Shown here one piece after another: positions 9,034 to 19,967 of a stretch of 64,000 nt of DNA. How positions within the stretch are numbered: the first letter of the stretch is position 1; each line of letters begins with the position of its first letter. This DNA comes from Planctomycetota bacterium (GTDB taxonomy: Bacteria; Planctomycetota; Brocadiia; JAADGH01), in contig JBFMAD010000006.1 in the NCBI GenBank assembly GCA_040755855.1, forward strand, positions 128,001-192,000, in the 5' to 3' direction. The translations under genes were made by a program, and so were the position numbers. Under the pieces are notes generated by a model. The model worked only from the letters and a program-made list of their open reading frames with translations, had not been told where the DNA came from and ran no database searches.

Positions 9034-11961
9034 TCACGAACCCTTGATGACCAGCACCCGCACTCCAAACGGCTCCAGAGAAAGCGAAATCCGCTTTTCC
9101 TGACTTCGCTTCTCTTCCTTGCGGTCTGCCGTGTAGACAACGGTCTCCTTTTCACCCAGCACGACGGCGACCGCCTTCCGCGCTTCCGGCGTCGAGTTCA
9201 CCACGACCGCCGCGACCGAACCGTCCGCCGCCTCGAAGCTCCCCGTCGTCACCGCCGGGATGAGGTGCGGGACCTTCGCCATCGCCGGTTTGCCCGTCTT
9301 GTCGGCCTTGCCCTTCGGGTCCTGCCGTGATGAATAGACCTCCACCTCCTCGCACTCGATCTCGACAGGCCGCACCGTCTTGCCGAGCAGGAGGTACTCC
9401 GGAAAATGCGCATAGGGCCGGCAGAACGACTTATAGGCGGCGCTGACCTCCTGGTGCCACTTGCTGCCGCCTTCAAGGGGGACATCGTGCATGAATGGGC
9501 CGGGGATCAGACCGCGCGTCAGATTGTTGGCCAGGATGCGACAGCGCAGCCCCGCGCTCGGCCGTGTGCCCAGCGGCCCCTGGCCCTGCACACACGCCGC
9601 GCCGATGGCCGTTACATACTCATGGTAGAGATACGAGAACAATCCGACCCCTCGGCCGCCGCCCATCATCTCCCCGAACTGCCGGCTCCAGTAGGTCGCC
9701 ATGTAGGGGATGGCCAGCTCGCTTTCATTCTCCATAAACAGACCCAGTTCGGCTTGGACCGGCTTGCCCTCCTTCAGGATCGCCGCACAGACATCGCGGA
9801 AATCGCTCCACATCCAGTCGCCATAGCCGGGCGGGTGACCATGGGTCTTGCTGTAGCACGGCGTGTGCTGGCAGCCGCCGATCTCCTGGTCGAAACTGAC
9901 GAGCGGCACGCCGAGGCGCGCCACGTTCACGAAGATGTCCTTCATCGTCGTCTGCGCCTTCGGGCTGCCGTGGCAGAGCATAGCGGACAGGCCGCGCCAG
10001 TCGCCGAACTCGCCCACGCGGTCGTACCAATCCACCTTCGCAATGGATCCGTCGGGTTCTGCGACGCACATCTCCTTCCTGCGCTCGAAGTCCGCGGTGT
10101 CGTCGAAGGCGGGTTCGGCGCCGGTCTTCTGCCGCTTCACCACCCACCAATAGCCCGACGTGAGGAAGGCCAGGCGGTGGCCGCGCCTTCTCAGCTCCTG
10201 ATCCACCTCGCGCCAGACCTCATCGGATGGAATCGAGGGGAAGTAGTTGATACCTGCCCATGTGCCCCGATTTTCCCAACCATACGGCACGAAAACCATG
10301 TGCTTCAGGCCGGTGGCGGCACGGTAGGCGTCCATCAGATCGGGCAGTTTCTCCATCCGCTTGCCGAAGCGTTTCTCGCGGCCCTCCGGGTTGGCGATGC
10401 CGGTGATGATGATCCCCGCGCCGTCCTTCAGGAACTGCGGGATATCGTCGCGTTCGGAGAGTTTCTTCGCACACCACGGCTGCCTCACGGCCCATGCCTT
10501 GTAGATGGCTGCGGCGTCGCGCCAGTCGCCCTGGAAGGTTCGAAGCGCGATGTCGTAGGGGAGCGCCGCACCCTGGCCGGAGACCTCCGGGAAGCGGTGC
10601 GTCAGGTCCATTGATACAAATTTGCCCGCGCCCGACCGGAGGCGGTACTGCTTGCAGTGGCCGTCGGGATCCTCCATGCCGACATACAGTCCGGCCGTCC
10701 CGTCGTAGAGGGCGTAGAACTGCGCGAAGGCCGGGCCGGGGTACGCGGCCGTGTGACTCGCTCCACGAGAACCCGGGGCGGACACGACCGCCCCGCCGTG
10801 CCAGGGCGCGAGCAGGGCATCGTCCTCGCCTTTCCCGCCCAGCGCCGCGGGAGCGGGCATGCCGGGGAAGGAGACGCTGGCGATGCACCAATCGGATCTG
10901 TTTTCCAAGTAGATGCGGAGCCGGATGAAGCCGTCGGTCGTTGTCCGCGCAGTCACCGAAACCTGCACATCCGCTTGCGGGCAGTCGGTGAATGTCAACT
11001 GGAGGTCGTCGCCTTTCCTGGCAACTTCGCATTTGCGAAAATCCCGGCTTGGGAGCGGAAGCCGCTCGGTTTCATACGGTCTGGTAAGCATGCAGGAAAA
11101 GAGCGGCTCCTTCACGTCGCGTGCGATGAATTCCTGCCCCGTCTGACGATCAATAAGGTTTGTGATCTCGCCCGTCTCGCGGTCAAAGGCAATGGCCGAT
11201 AACTCCGATGCGATGCCCATGCGGTCGGGAAGGTCGAACACCCCCGATCCATGCGGTACATCAACGGCTGCCAGCGGCGGTCGCGGGCCGGGCCGGACGC
11301 CCCAAGTCTTCAAGACCTCTTCCGTGATCGGCATGAACTCCGCATCGTCAAAGAGCGTCGTTGCGCTCGACGGCGTCCGGGGGGAGGTCCACACCCCGAG
11401 GGCCACGACACCGGACGCCAGCCCGTCCGCCGGGCCTTCCGCCTGCCAGCGCGGCTCGGGCGCGCCCTCCGGCCAGGACTTGCCGAAGAGGTAGTCGCCA
11501 TAACAGGCCATCGCGACATGGACCCATTCCCCCTTCTTCAGTCCGACGGCCAGTGTCCCCACCGTGACGGAGGATTTCTCCTGGCCGTAGTAGCACAACG
11601 CCCGACCGCCGTCCGGCCCGAGGGCCAGAGCGCGAAAGCCGCCCGGCCCAGAACGGCCGTATATGTAAACGGTCGGCTCGGCGCCGGTCCAGTCTATCAG
11701 CTTGACGCGGAGTTTCAGGAGGAAGTCAGGCGTCTTTTCGCTTCCCGCCAGCGTGAGCCGGGTGTGATGAGGCTTTGCCGCGGCGATCTGATAGGCATGA
11801 TTGTCGGGCCGGCCCGGCTCGACCACGATCGCCCCCTCCTCGCCCGGCGAGACCCACCCCTCCGATCCCTTCTCAAAGTCCCATTTCATTTCTTCCTCGC
11901 AGGAGCAAACCGAAAACAGCATCAATATCATCGGGAACCAAAGCAAGATAGACCTGGTCAA
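9034..11961 (-). CDS. Large exported putative glycoside hydrolase (DUF6259-like)
   Basis: Signal peptide or lipobox (FSVCSC); GDWRDAAAIYKAW, SFDQEIGG, LFSYLYHEY motifs. Confidence 0.55.
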   Translation of the reverse strand: MTRSILLWFPMILMLFSVCSCEEEMKWDFEKGSEGWVSPGEEGAIVVEPGRPDNHAYQIAAAKPHHTRLTLAGSEKTPDFLLKLRVKLIDWTGAEPTVYIYGRSGPGGFRALALGPDGGRALCYYGQEKSSVTVGTLAVGLKKGEWVHVAMACYGDYLFGKSWPEGAPEPRWQAEGPADGLASGVVALGVWTSPRTPSSATTLFDDAEFMPITEEVLKTWGVRPGPRPPLAAVDVPHGSGVFDLPDRMGIASELSAIAFDRETGEITNLIDRQTGQEFIARDVKEPLFSCMLTRPYETERLPLPSRDFRKCEVARKGDDLQLTFTDCPQADVQVSVTARTTTDGFIRLRIYLENRSDWCIASVSFPGMPAPAALGGKGEDDALLAPWHGGAVVSAPGSRGASHTAAYPGPAFAQFYALYDGTAGLYVGMEDPDGHCKQYRLRSGAGKFVSMDLTHRFPEVSGQGAALPYDIALRTFQGDWRDAAAIYKAWAVRQPWCAKKLSERDDIPQFLKDGAGIIITGIANPEGREKRFGKRMEKLPDLMDAYRAATGLKHMVFVPYGWENRGTWAGINYFPSIPSDEVWREVDQELRRRGHRLAFLTSGYWWVVKRQKTGAEPAFDDTADFERRKEMCVAEPDGSIAKVDWYDRVGEFGDWRGLSAMLCHGSPKAQTTMKDIFVNVARLGVPLVSFDQEIGGCQHTPCYSKTHGHPPGYGDWMWSDFRDVCAAILKEGKPVQAELGLFMENESELAIPYMATYWSRQFGEMMGGGRGVGLFSYLYHEYVTAIGAACVQGQGPLGTRPSAGLRCRILANNLTRGLIPGPFMHDVPLEGGSKWHQEVSAAYKSFCRPYAHFPEYLLLGKTVRPVEIECEEVEVYSSRQDPKGKADKTGKPAMAKVPHLIPAVTTGSFEAADGSVAAVVVNSTPEARKAVAVVLGEKETVVYTADRKEEKRSQEKRISLSLEPFGVRVLVIKGS

Positions 11962-12056
11962 AACGGCCTCCTTTCGCCTGAACTCAAACTGAAAGCGGAG
12001 ACAATCCTAATCCCTTGCGCATGGCCCCGTCAACAGCAAACGGCCCGTGATAACCG

Positions 12057-12085
12057 TTGACACTTGCATCGAAGTATCGTAGCAT
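12057..12085 (+). promoter_or_regulatory. Sigma70 promoter
   Basis: TTGACA-N17-TAGCAT. Confidence 0.6.
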
Positions 12086-12125
12086 CCTGAAGTCCATTCA
12101 AACACGATTTTCGGAGGAGTCAAAA

Positions 12126-13181
12126 ATGAGCACGGTAAAACTTGGGATCATCGGATGCGGGGTCATCGGCAGCCACCACGCTACAGCCGCGACGGAATCG
12201 AAACTCGTTGACCTCGCGGCCGTCGCCGACGTTCGAGAAGATGCGGTGAAGGCCATGGCGGAGAAGTTCAAGGTCCCGAAGACCTACGCGAGCGGCAACG
12301 AATTGCTCGACGACGACGGCATCGAAGCCGTCGTCCTGGCCATGCCGACGTGCCATCGGTTCGACCTGGCCATGCGGGCCTTTGCGAAGGGGAAGCACGT
12401 CCTGACGGAGAAACCCGTCGCCATGAACTCCGGCGATGTGCGAAAGATGATCAAGGCGCGGGGCGATCTCGTCGCCGCCTGCTGCTCGTCGCGCAACCGG
12501 CACACCGAGTCGGCCAAGGTCATCACGGACTTCATCGCCTCGGGCGGGATCGGTCCGCTGCGGCTCATCCACTGCCGCGCACTCATCCAGGCCGGCCCGA
12601 TGCCGGACACGCCGCGGCCCGCGTGGCGACTCAAGAAGGAACTCAACGGCGGCGGCATCCTCGTCAACTGGGGGTGCTACGATCTCGACTACCTCCTCGG
12701 CATCACAGGCTGGACGCTGAAACCCAAGACCGTTCTCGCCCAGACGTGGACGATCCCCCCGCAGTTGGAGTCGCACGTCGCGCCGAACTCCGATGCGGAG
12801 ACCTACTTCGCGGCGCTGATCCGGTGCGAGGACGGCGCGATGATCTCGTTCGAGCGCGGGGAATACATGCCCGTGCACACGGAGCAGTCGTGGCAGATCA
12901 TCGGGACGAAGGGGTCGTTGACGATGCAAATGACCCCCGGCAAGAACAAGAAGGTGATCCACGACGACACGACGGCAGAACAGGGGCTTGTGCCGAAGGT
13001 GCTGTGGGAGGGCGACGACGTCCACAATGCGGGGCGCGGCGGGCTTTTGGATGTCTTTGCGTCGGCGATCCTCAAGGGCGGGGAGCCGGCCACGACGCTG
13101 GAGAAGGCGCTGGTGGTGCAGCAGATCACCGACGCGATCTACGCCTCGGCGGAATCGGGCAAAGCAGTCGAGATCGAATAG
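12126..13181 (+). CDS. Gfo/Idh/MocA oxidoreductase
   Basis: IGCGVIG, HVLTEKP, GGGIL; GGAGGAG RBS before ATG 12126. Confidence 0.9.
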   Translation: MSTVKLGIIGCGVIGSHHATAATESKLVDLAAVADVREDAVKAMAEKFKVPKTYASGNELLDDDGIEAVVLAMPTCHRFDLAMRAFAKGKHVLTEKPVAMNSGDVRKMIKARGDLVAACCSSRNRHTESAKVITDFIASGGIGPLRLIHCRALIQAGPMPDTPRPAWRLKKELNGGGILVNWGCYDLDYLLGITGWTLKPKTVLAQTWTIPPQLESHVAPNSDAETYFAALIRCEDGAMISFERGEYMPVHTEQSWQIIGTKGSLTMQMTPGKNKKVIHDDTTAEQGLVPKVLWEGDDVHNAGRGGLLDVFASAILKGGEPATTLEKALVVQQITDAIYASAESGKAVEIE

Positions 13182-13195
13182 AACGGAGGATAACT

Positions 13196-15736
13196 ATGGC
13201 GCGCAAGGGACAATCCATCTGGCCGGTTCTCAAGGAGTATGATCAGGACCACATCTTCCGCATCGCCCTGCCCCTGGGGGGCATCGGGACGGGGACGGTC
13301 TCGCTCGGCGGGCGCGGGAATCTCCAGGATTGGGAGATCATGAACCGCCCCGCGAAGGGGTTCACGCCGAAGCAGATATTCTTCGCCCTATATACAAAGC
13401 CATCCAGCGGCGAGGCGGTGACGCGGGCGCTGGAGGGAGTCATCCAGGCGCCTCAGTACGAAGGCGCGTCGGGGGCGACGGCGAGCAACCACAGTCTGCC
13501 CCGATTCCGCGAGTGCTCTTTCGCGGCAGCCTATCCCTTCGGCCAGGTGCGCCTGTCCGACCTGGACGTTCCCCTCGACGTGCGCATCGAGGCGTTCAAT
13601 CCGATGATCCCAGGCGACGCCGACGCGAGCGGCATCCCGGTCGCCGTGCTGCGGTTCGTGCTCATCAACAAGACGCCGAAGCCCGTCACGGCCTCGGTGT
13701 GCGGGAGCGTGCGGAACTTCATCGGGCATGATGGGGCCGGTGGATCGTCGAGGGGAAATTTTAACACGTTTCAGAAGGGATCGAAGATTCAGGGGATCTT
13801 CATGCAGTCCGAAGGCGTTGATCATGCCGCCGAGCAGTTCGGCACGATGGCGCTCACCACCACGGCCAAGAGCGGAGTGACCTACCGGACGGCCTGGGCC
13901 AACGTGACCTGGGGCGATTCTCTTCTCGACTTCTGGGACGATTTCAGCGCCAACGGCAAGTTGACCGATCGCGACAAAGGCGGCGTGGATGATCCGGTCG
14001 CGTCTCTCGCCGTCCGCACCGTCGTCCCGGCCCGCGGAACGAAGGACGTCACATTCCTGCTGACGTGGCACTTCCCGAACCGGCGGACATGGACGCCTGT
14101 CAAGAAGGAAGAATCATCTGCCTGTGGAGAGGGATGTTGCGACCCGAACAGAATCGGTAATTACTACACTACACAATATCGCGACGCATGGGACGCGGCG
14201 GCGAAGACGGCCAAAGCGCTGCCGAGGCTCGAAGAGCAAACCATCGCTTTTGCGAAATGCTTCTGCGAGAGCGACCTGCCCGATGTGGTGAAGGAGGCGG
14301 CGCTGTTCAACCTGAGCACGCTCCGTTCGCAGACCTGCTTCCGAACGGAGGACGGGCGCTTCTTCGGCTGGGAAGGGTGCCACGATCGCGGCGGGTGCTG
14401 CCACGGGTCGTGCACACACGTCTGGAATTATGAACATGCGACGGCGTTTCTGTTCGGCGACCTGGCCTGTCGGATGCGGGAGGTGGAGTTCCTCCATGCC
14501 ACGAAGGAGAACGGCCACATGAGTTTCCGCGTGAACCTGCCCATTGATCGCGCATCGCAACACGCCCTTGCTGCGGCCGACGGGCAGATGGGGTGCCTGA
14601 TGAAACTCTACCGCGACTGGCAGCTTTCGGGCGACGACGCCATGCTTCAGAAGCTCTGGTCGCAGGCGAAGAAGGCGCTGGCCTTCTGCTGGGAGCCGGG
14701 CGGGTGGGACGCCGACCGCAATGGCGTGATGGAGGGGTGCCAGCACAACACGATGGATGTGGAGTACTACGGTCCTAACCCGCAGATGGGCGGGTGGTAT
14801 CTCGGCGCACTGCGCGCGGGCGAGGAGATGGCGAAGCATCTCGGCGACGAGAAGTTTGCCATGCTCTGCAAAATTCTGATCGAGCGCGGCAGCCAGTGGA
14901 TTGACGCAAATCTGTTCAACGGCGATTACTACGAACACGAGATCCGTCCGCCGGGCGAGGAGTCGGCTATTGCGCCAGGCCTCCGCCACGAGAAGATGGG
15001 GGCGCGGGACCTGAAGGAGCCGGAGCTGCAACTGGGCTCGGGGTGCTTGGTGGACCAGCTCGTCGGGCAGTATATGGCGCACGTCTGTGGCCTGGGATAC
15101 CTGCTGGACAAGAAGCACGTAAAGAAGACGCTGCAGAGCATCATGAAGCACAACTTCCAGGGAAACCTCTACGGCCACTTCAACCATTTTCGGACGTTCG
15201 CCCTGAACGAGGAGGCGGCTCTGCTGATGGCCACCTACCCGAAGGGCCGGCGGCCGAAGCGGCCCTTCCCCTACTGCAACGAGGTGATGACGGGTTTTGA
15301 GTATACCGCCGCCGTTCACATGCTCTATGAGGGCATGGTCGAGGACGGGCTGAGGTGCATCGCCGCGGTCCGCGAGCGGTATGACGGTCGCAAGCGCAGC
15401 CCCTTCGACGAGGCCGAGTGCGGCCACCACTACGCCCGGGCGATGGCGAGCTGGGCCGCGGTCCTCGCGCTGACTGGGTTCCAATACTCAGGGGTAACGC
15501 AAACGATCCAGTTTGCATCGTCTAAGAGTAAATCGCAGGTCTTCTGGTCGAACGGCTACGCCTGGGGCGTGTGCACACAGAAACCGGCCAAGGGGAAGAC
15601 GAAGGTCGGCATCACCGTGCTGCATGGAGCGCTGAAGGTGAGACGCGTCGTTCTTGATGGTGTCGGCGCGGTGGAACTGCCGAAGCCCAAGACCATCGAG
15701 CAAGGAAAGACGGCCTACTTCCAAATCTCCCGGTGA
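13196..15736 (+). CDS. GH116 beta-glucosidase / non-lysosomal glucosylceramidase
   Basis: LPLGGIGTG, GSCTHVWNY, HNTMD, EVMTGFEY, EAECGHHYARAM; GGAGG RBS before ATG 13196. Confidence 0.9.
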   Translation: MARKGQSIWPVLKEYDQDHIFRIALPLGGIGTGTVSLGGRGNLQDWEIMNRPAKGFTPKQIFFALYTKPSSGEAVTRALEGVIQAPQYEGASGATASNHSLPRFRECSFAAAYPFGQVRLSDLDVPLDVRIEAFNPMIPGDADASGIPVAVLRFVLINKTPKPVTASVCGSVRNFIGHDGAGGSSRGNFNTFQKGSKIQGIFMQSEGVDHAAEQFGTMALTTTAKSGVTYRTAWANVTWGDSLLDFWDDFSANGKLTDRDKGGVDDPVASLAVRTVVPARGTKDVTFLLTWHFPNRRTWTPVKKEESSACGEGCCDPNRIGNYYTTQYRDAWDAAAKTAKALPRLEEQTIAFAKCFCESDLPDVVKEAALFNLSTLRSQTCFRTEDGRFFGWEGCHDRGGCCHGSCTHVWNYEHATAFLFGDLACRMREVEFLHATKENGHMSFRVNLPIDRASQHALAAADGQMGCLMKLYRDWQLSGDDAMLQKLWSQAKKALAFCWEPGGWDADRNGVMEGCQHNTMDVEYYGPNPQMGGWYLGALRAGEEMAKHLGDEKFAMLCKILIERGSQWIDANLFNGDYYEHEIRPPGEESAIAPGLRHEKMGARDLKEPELQLGSGCLVDQLVGQYMAHVCGLGYLLDKKHVKKTLQSIMKHNFQGNLYGHFNHFRTFALNEEAALLMATYPKGRRPKRPFPYCNEVMTGFEYTAAVHMLYEGMVEDGLRCIAAVRERYDGRKRSPFDEAECGHHYARAMASWAAVLALTGFQYSGVTQTIQFASSKSKSQVFWSNGYAWGVCTQKPAKGKTKVGITVLHGALKVRRVVLDGVGAVELPKPKTIEQGKTAYFQISR

Positions 15737-15803
15737 AAGGCGAGGACCTTCGGCCAGGTGGCGAGGACGGTGGTGAGCTTGTGTCCTCCCGGGATGATCT
15801 CGC

Positions 15804-16793
15804 TCAGCCCATCCATCGTGCGACATCTTTGGACCAGTAGGTGAGAATCATGTCCGCGCCGGCGCGCTTGATGCCGGTGAGCATTTCCATCACGACGCGC
15901 TGCTCGTCGAGCCATCCCCTTTCCGCCGCGGCCTTCACCATCGCGAATTCCCCGCTCACGTTGTAGGCGGCAACGGGATACCCGAACTCATCCTTCACAC
16001 GACGGATGATGTCGAGATACGGAACTGCCGGTTTGACCATAATGATGTCCGCACCTTCCTCGATGTCCAGCTCCACCTCGCGCAGGGCCTCGTCGCTGTT
16101 TGCGGGATCCATCTGGTATGACCGACGGTCGCCGAACTGCGGCGGCGACTCGGCTGCGTCGCGGAAGGGGCCGTAAAACGCCGAGGCGTACTTCGCCGCG
16201 TAGGACATGATGGGCACGTCCTCGAAACCTGTCCTGTCGAGGGCCTCGCGGATGACGCCGACGCGCCCGTCCATCATGTCGCTCGGGGCGACCATGTCCA
16301 CTCCGGCCCGGCAGTGGGATACGGCCATCTTCGCCAGGAGCCTGAGCGTCGTGTCGTTGTCCACATCCCGGACCCCTGAGAAGCGATGCTTCCTCAAAGC
16401 GCCGCAGTGTCCATGGTCGGTGTATTCGCAGAGGCAGACGTCGGTGATGACCACGATCTCGGACTTCGCCTTTCGGATGGCGCGGATGGCCTGCTGGATG
16501 ATGCCCCGGTCGGAATAGCCGGACTTGCCGAGGGCGTCCTTCGTTTCGGGGATGCCGAAGAGGATGACGGCCGGGATGCGAAGGGATTCGATCTCCTTAA
16601 CTTCCTCCACCAGCACGTCAACCGACATCTGGTAGTTGCCTGGCATGGAGGGGATCGCCTTCTTCACTTTCCTGCCCGGTCGGACGAACAGGGGCATGAT
16701 GAGATCGTCCACGGAAATGGTCGTCTCGCGGATTAGTCGGCGGAGGTTCTCGGTCCGGCGCATACGTCGGGGGCGGTGGATGGGAAATGGCAT
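15804..16793 (-). CDS. hemB: Porphobilinogen synthase
   Basis: [43 protein letters not shown]. Confidence 0.97.
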   Translation of the reverse strand: MPFPIHRPRRMRRTENLRRLIRETTISVDDLIMPLFVRPGRKVKKAIPSMPGNYQMSVDVLVEEVKEIESLRIPAVILFGIPETKDALGKSGYSDRGIIQQAIRAIRKAKSEIVVITDVCLCEYTDHGHCGALRKHRFSGVRDVDNDTTLRLLAKMAVSHCRAGVDMVAPSDMMDGRVGVIREALDRTGFEDVPIMSYAAKYASAFYGPFRDAAESPPQFGDRRSYQMDPANSDEALREVELDIEEGADIIMVKPAVPYLDIIRRVKDEFGYPVAAYNVSGEFAMVKAAAERGWLDEQRVVMEMLTGIKRAGADMILTYWSKDVARWMG

Positions 16794-16885
16794 GGTCATT
16801 CCTCGCATCTTCCAGGAACTGGTTTTACCTTGCACCTTTAGGATAATCGCTGGGCCACGGGCTTTCAAGAGAAAATGGGAAGCGA

Positions 16886-18163
16886 ATGCAAACCCCGCGT
16901 CTCTTGAAAAGGGAGATGGTGTATGGTAGTGTAGGTTTTTTTGGATTGGATAAGACGCTGAACGCGCTCTCACAACAACGGAATCCCGCGTGGACGCTGG
17001 TTATCCTCCTGGCCATCGGCCACGCCGTAAGCGATTTCTACGCACTGCTGCTCAGTTGGCTGTTGCCGGATTTCCGGGACGCCTTCGCGCTGAACAACAC
17101 GCAGGTCAGTTGGATTGTCGCAGTAAGCGGGATATTTGCGTCCATGTCTCAGCCGGCGTTTGGCTACGCTGCGGAATGGACCCGAAGAAGGAACGTATAT
17201 ATCGCTCTGGGCACGCTCTTGGCGGGCGGAACGAGCCTTATGGGACTTGCGTCAAACGTGTGGGCGTTTGTTGCCGTCGTGTTGGTCGGGGCCCTCGGCG
17301 TGGGGATCTTTCATCCTACGGCGGCTGCGGAGGTCTTCGAGATCGTCGGCCCTCGGGACAAGATCGGCCGCACGTTGTTCGCCATGACGGGGGGAATCGG
17401 GATGGCCCTTGGCCCGCTGCTAGTGATGCAAATTGTTGCATGCGGCGGGCTGCGAGGGACGTGGGTGGTTTTCCCCCCTGCCGTCATCCTGGCAATGATT
17501 TATGCTCACATGCTGCCGGGCGACGAAACCACGCAGGGCGAGCCTCTGCTTCGATGGACCCGCAGAGGCATGCGGCCCAAGCACCTTGCGGTCGTCGGCA
17601 TCCTCTTTCTGGCCGTGATCCTGCGCTCCACGGCGGCCGGTGGGATGCATCCCCTGATCGCGCTGCGCTGTGATGAGCTCGGGTATGACCGAATACTTCG
17701 CGGGCATGTCCTTGCACTCATTGCCTTTTTCGCTTTCGTGGGGGGCATGCTGGGAGGATACCTCACGGGACGGATCGGCAGCAAGGCGATTATGCTTTCC
17801 TCGTGTTTCTTCGGCGGGCCGGCGCTATTCGCATCAATGATGGCGGGCGGGTGGCTGTCGTGGGCGCTTCTTTCCTTCGCCAGCTTCTCGCTGGCCTTTG
17901 CCATGCCGCATTTTCTGATGACGGCCCAAGAACTGATGCCGGAGAGGGCGGGCACGGTATCGGGAATGATGATGGGCATGGCGTGGAGCATCGCTGGCCT
18001 GTTGCTGCCCATATTTGGTAAAATTAGTGACGTGCGCGACGCAGGCGTCGCGATTAAGGTTATGGCGACTCTGACGATCCCGGCTGGTATTATTGTGTTG
18101 TTCCTTAAGGGTTCCCTCCTGGATGCCGGACAGCAAGAAGAACCGATTAACAGTCAAGAGTAA
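16886..18163 (+). CDS. MFS transporter (FSR-like); start uncertain
   Basis: About 12 TM segments; [19 protein letters not shown]. Confidence 0.85.
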   Translation: MQTPRLLKREMVYGSVGFFGLDKTLNALSQQRNPAWTLVILLAIGHAVSDFYALLLSWLLPDFRDAFALNNTQVSWIVAVSGIFASMSQPAFGYAAEWTRRRNVYIALGTLLAGGTSLMGLASNVWAFVAVVLVGALGVGIFHPTAAAEVFEIVGPRDKIGRTLFAMTGGIGMALGPLLVMQIVACGGLRGTWVVFPPAVILAMIYAHMLPGDETTQGEPLLRWTRRGMRPKHLAVVGILFLAVILRSTAAGGMHPLIALRCDELGYDRILRGHVLALIAFFAFVGGMLGGYLTGRIGSKAIMLSSCFFGGPALFASMMAGGWLSWALLSFASFSLAFAMPHFLMTAQELMPERAGTVSGMMMGMAWSIAGLLLPIFGKISDVRDAGVAIKVMATLTIPAGIIVLFLKGSLLDAGQQEEPINSQE

Positions 18164-18170
18164 GGATATT

Positions 18171-19886
18171 ATGGCGAAAAATCTTTTTGTTGAAGCCCTC
18201 GTTAACGCCCTCAAGCCCCATCTCGGGCTCGCGGAGACTGAGATCGAACGGATCATCGCCACCCCGCCTGACCCGAAGATGGGGGAATACAGTCTTCCAT
18301 GTTTCGCATTTGCGAAAGAAATGCGAAGGTCGCCGAAGGACATCGCGGCCGACCTCGCCGGGAAGATCGCTCCCTCCGAACTGATCGAGCGCGTCCAAAC
18401 GGCCGGGCCGTACCTCAACTTCTTCGTCAACAAGACGCGCTTTGTTCAGGAGGCGCTCCGAACCATTCGGTCCGAGGGCGATCGCTACGGCGCGAGCGAC
18501 ATCGGCCGGGGCAAGACCGTATGTCTTGACTTCAGCTCGCCGAACATCGCCAAGCACCTGGCCGTGCACCATCTGCAATCCACGATGATCGGCAACACGC
18601 TCTACAAGATTTGCAGCGCGCTGGGCTATAAGTGCATAGGCATCAACCATTTAGGCGATTGGGGAACGCAGTTCGGCCAGTTGATCCTCGCCTACAAAAA
18701 ATGGGGTTCGCCTCAGAAATTGGACGCCGAAGGCGTCACGCATCTGAACGAACTCTACGTGAGGTTCCATTCGGAGGCCGAGAGCCATCCTGAGATGGAG
18801 GAGGAGGCGCGCGAGTGGTTCCGTCGCTTGGAGGCGGGAGACGCGGAAGCGCGTGAACTGTGGCAGAGGTTCAAAGACATCAGCCTTGCGGAGTTCAACA
18901 GGGTCTACGCCATGCTCGACGTCCATTTCGACTCCTTCGCGGGCGAGAGTTTCTACAGCGACATGCTGAACGATGTGATCGCTCGGCTGGAGGCGGCGGG
19001 CATCGCAAAAGAGAGCGAAGGGGCCGTGGTGGTGGACCTGGAGGAGTTCGGCATGCCGGCGTGTCTTCTCCGCAAGAGCGACGGCGCCACGCTCTACGCC
19101 ACGCGCGATATCGCGGCGGCGGAGTATCGGAAGAAGACGTACGGATTCTCGAAGATGCTTTACGTCGTCGGCGGCGAGCAACGCCTCGCCTTCCGGCAGT
19201 TGTTCAAGGTCCTGGAACTCATGGGCTATGACTGGGTGAAGGACTGCGCGCACGTGGATTTCGGGATGGTGCGGTTCAAGGACCGGAAGATGTCCACGCG
19301 CAAGGGCGATGTGATTCTGTTGGAGGACCTGCTGAACCGTGCCATCGAGCTGGTGAAGGAGATCATGCTCACGGGGGATATGGAGCACGAGATTCTGCCG
19401 GACCAGATGGACGCGGTCGCGGCGGACATCGGCATCGGGGCGGTGATCTTTGCCCAACTCGCGTCCAAGCGCGTGAAGGACCTTGCCTTCGACTGGGCCG
19501 AGATTTTGAACTTCAAGGGGGATACCGGGCCGTACGTGCAATACACGCACGCGCGGAGCTGCAGCATCCTTCGAAAGGCCGAGCAGGAGGTCGGGGATGA
19601 TGTGAACTTCGATCTTTTGACGGACGAGACCACGATGTCGGTGGTGAAGCAGCTGGAGCGCCTCCCATCGGTCATCCAGGACGCGGCGGCGGCCTATGAG
19701 CCGTATTTCATCTGCAACTACCTGCTCGACCTCTGTGGCGCGATGAACACATTTCTCCACACCCATCGCGTCCTCAAGAACGAGCCGGCGCTGACCAATG
19801 CCCGACTGCTCCTGGTGGATTGCACCCGGCAGGTGATCGGGAACGGTCTGGCGGTCCTTGGCATAAAGGCACCGGACCGAATGTGA
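18171..19886 (+). CDS. argS: Arginine--tRNA ligase
   Basis: DFSSPNIAK, NHLGDWGTQFG, KSDGATLYATRD, KMSTRKG, GDTGPYVQYTHAR. Confidence 0.97.
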   Translation: MAKNLFVEALVNALKPHLGLAETEIERIIATPPDPKMGEYSLPCFAFAKEMRRSPKDIAADLAGKIAPSELIERVQTAGPYLNFFVNKTRFVQEALRTIRSEGDRYGASDIGRGKTVCLDFSSPNIAKHLAVHHLQSTMIGNTLYKICSALGYKCIGINHLGDWGTQFGQLILAYKKWGSPQKLDAEGVTHLNELYVRFHSEAESHPEMEEEAREWFRRLEAGDAEARELWQRFKDISLAEFNRVYAMLDVHFDSFAGESFYSDMLNDVIARLEAAGIAKESEGAVVVDLEEFGMPACLLRKSDGATLYATRDIAAAEYRKKTYGFSKMLYVVGGEQRLAFRQLFKVLELMGYDWVKDCAHVDFGMVRFKDRKMSTRKGDVILLEDLLNRAIELVKEIMLTGDMEHEILPDQMDAVAADIGIGAVIFAQLASKRVKDLAFDWAEILNFKGDTGPYVQYTHARSCSILRKAEQEVGDDVNFDLLTDETTMSVVKQLERLPSVIQDAAAAYEPYFICNYLLDLCGAMNTFLHTHRVLKNEPALTNARLLLVDCTRQVIGNGLAVLGIKAPDRM

Positions 19887-19967
19887 CCCGCCGGGCTTGA
19901 TTGCTGCCGACGCAGGTGGTAAGATAGGAAAGCAATCTGTGGTATTCGCGCTTCGAGGAACACTCCC

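Noticed and set aside
12350..13195. Long N-terminal extension of the 1128-aa ORF
   Set aside because: Off-frame overlap with the Gfo gene; the real GH116 start is ATG 13196 with a GGAGG RBS
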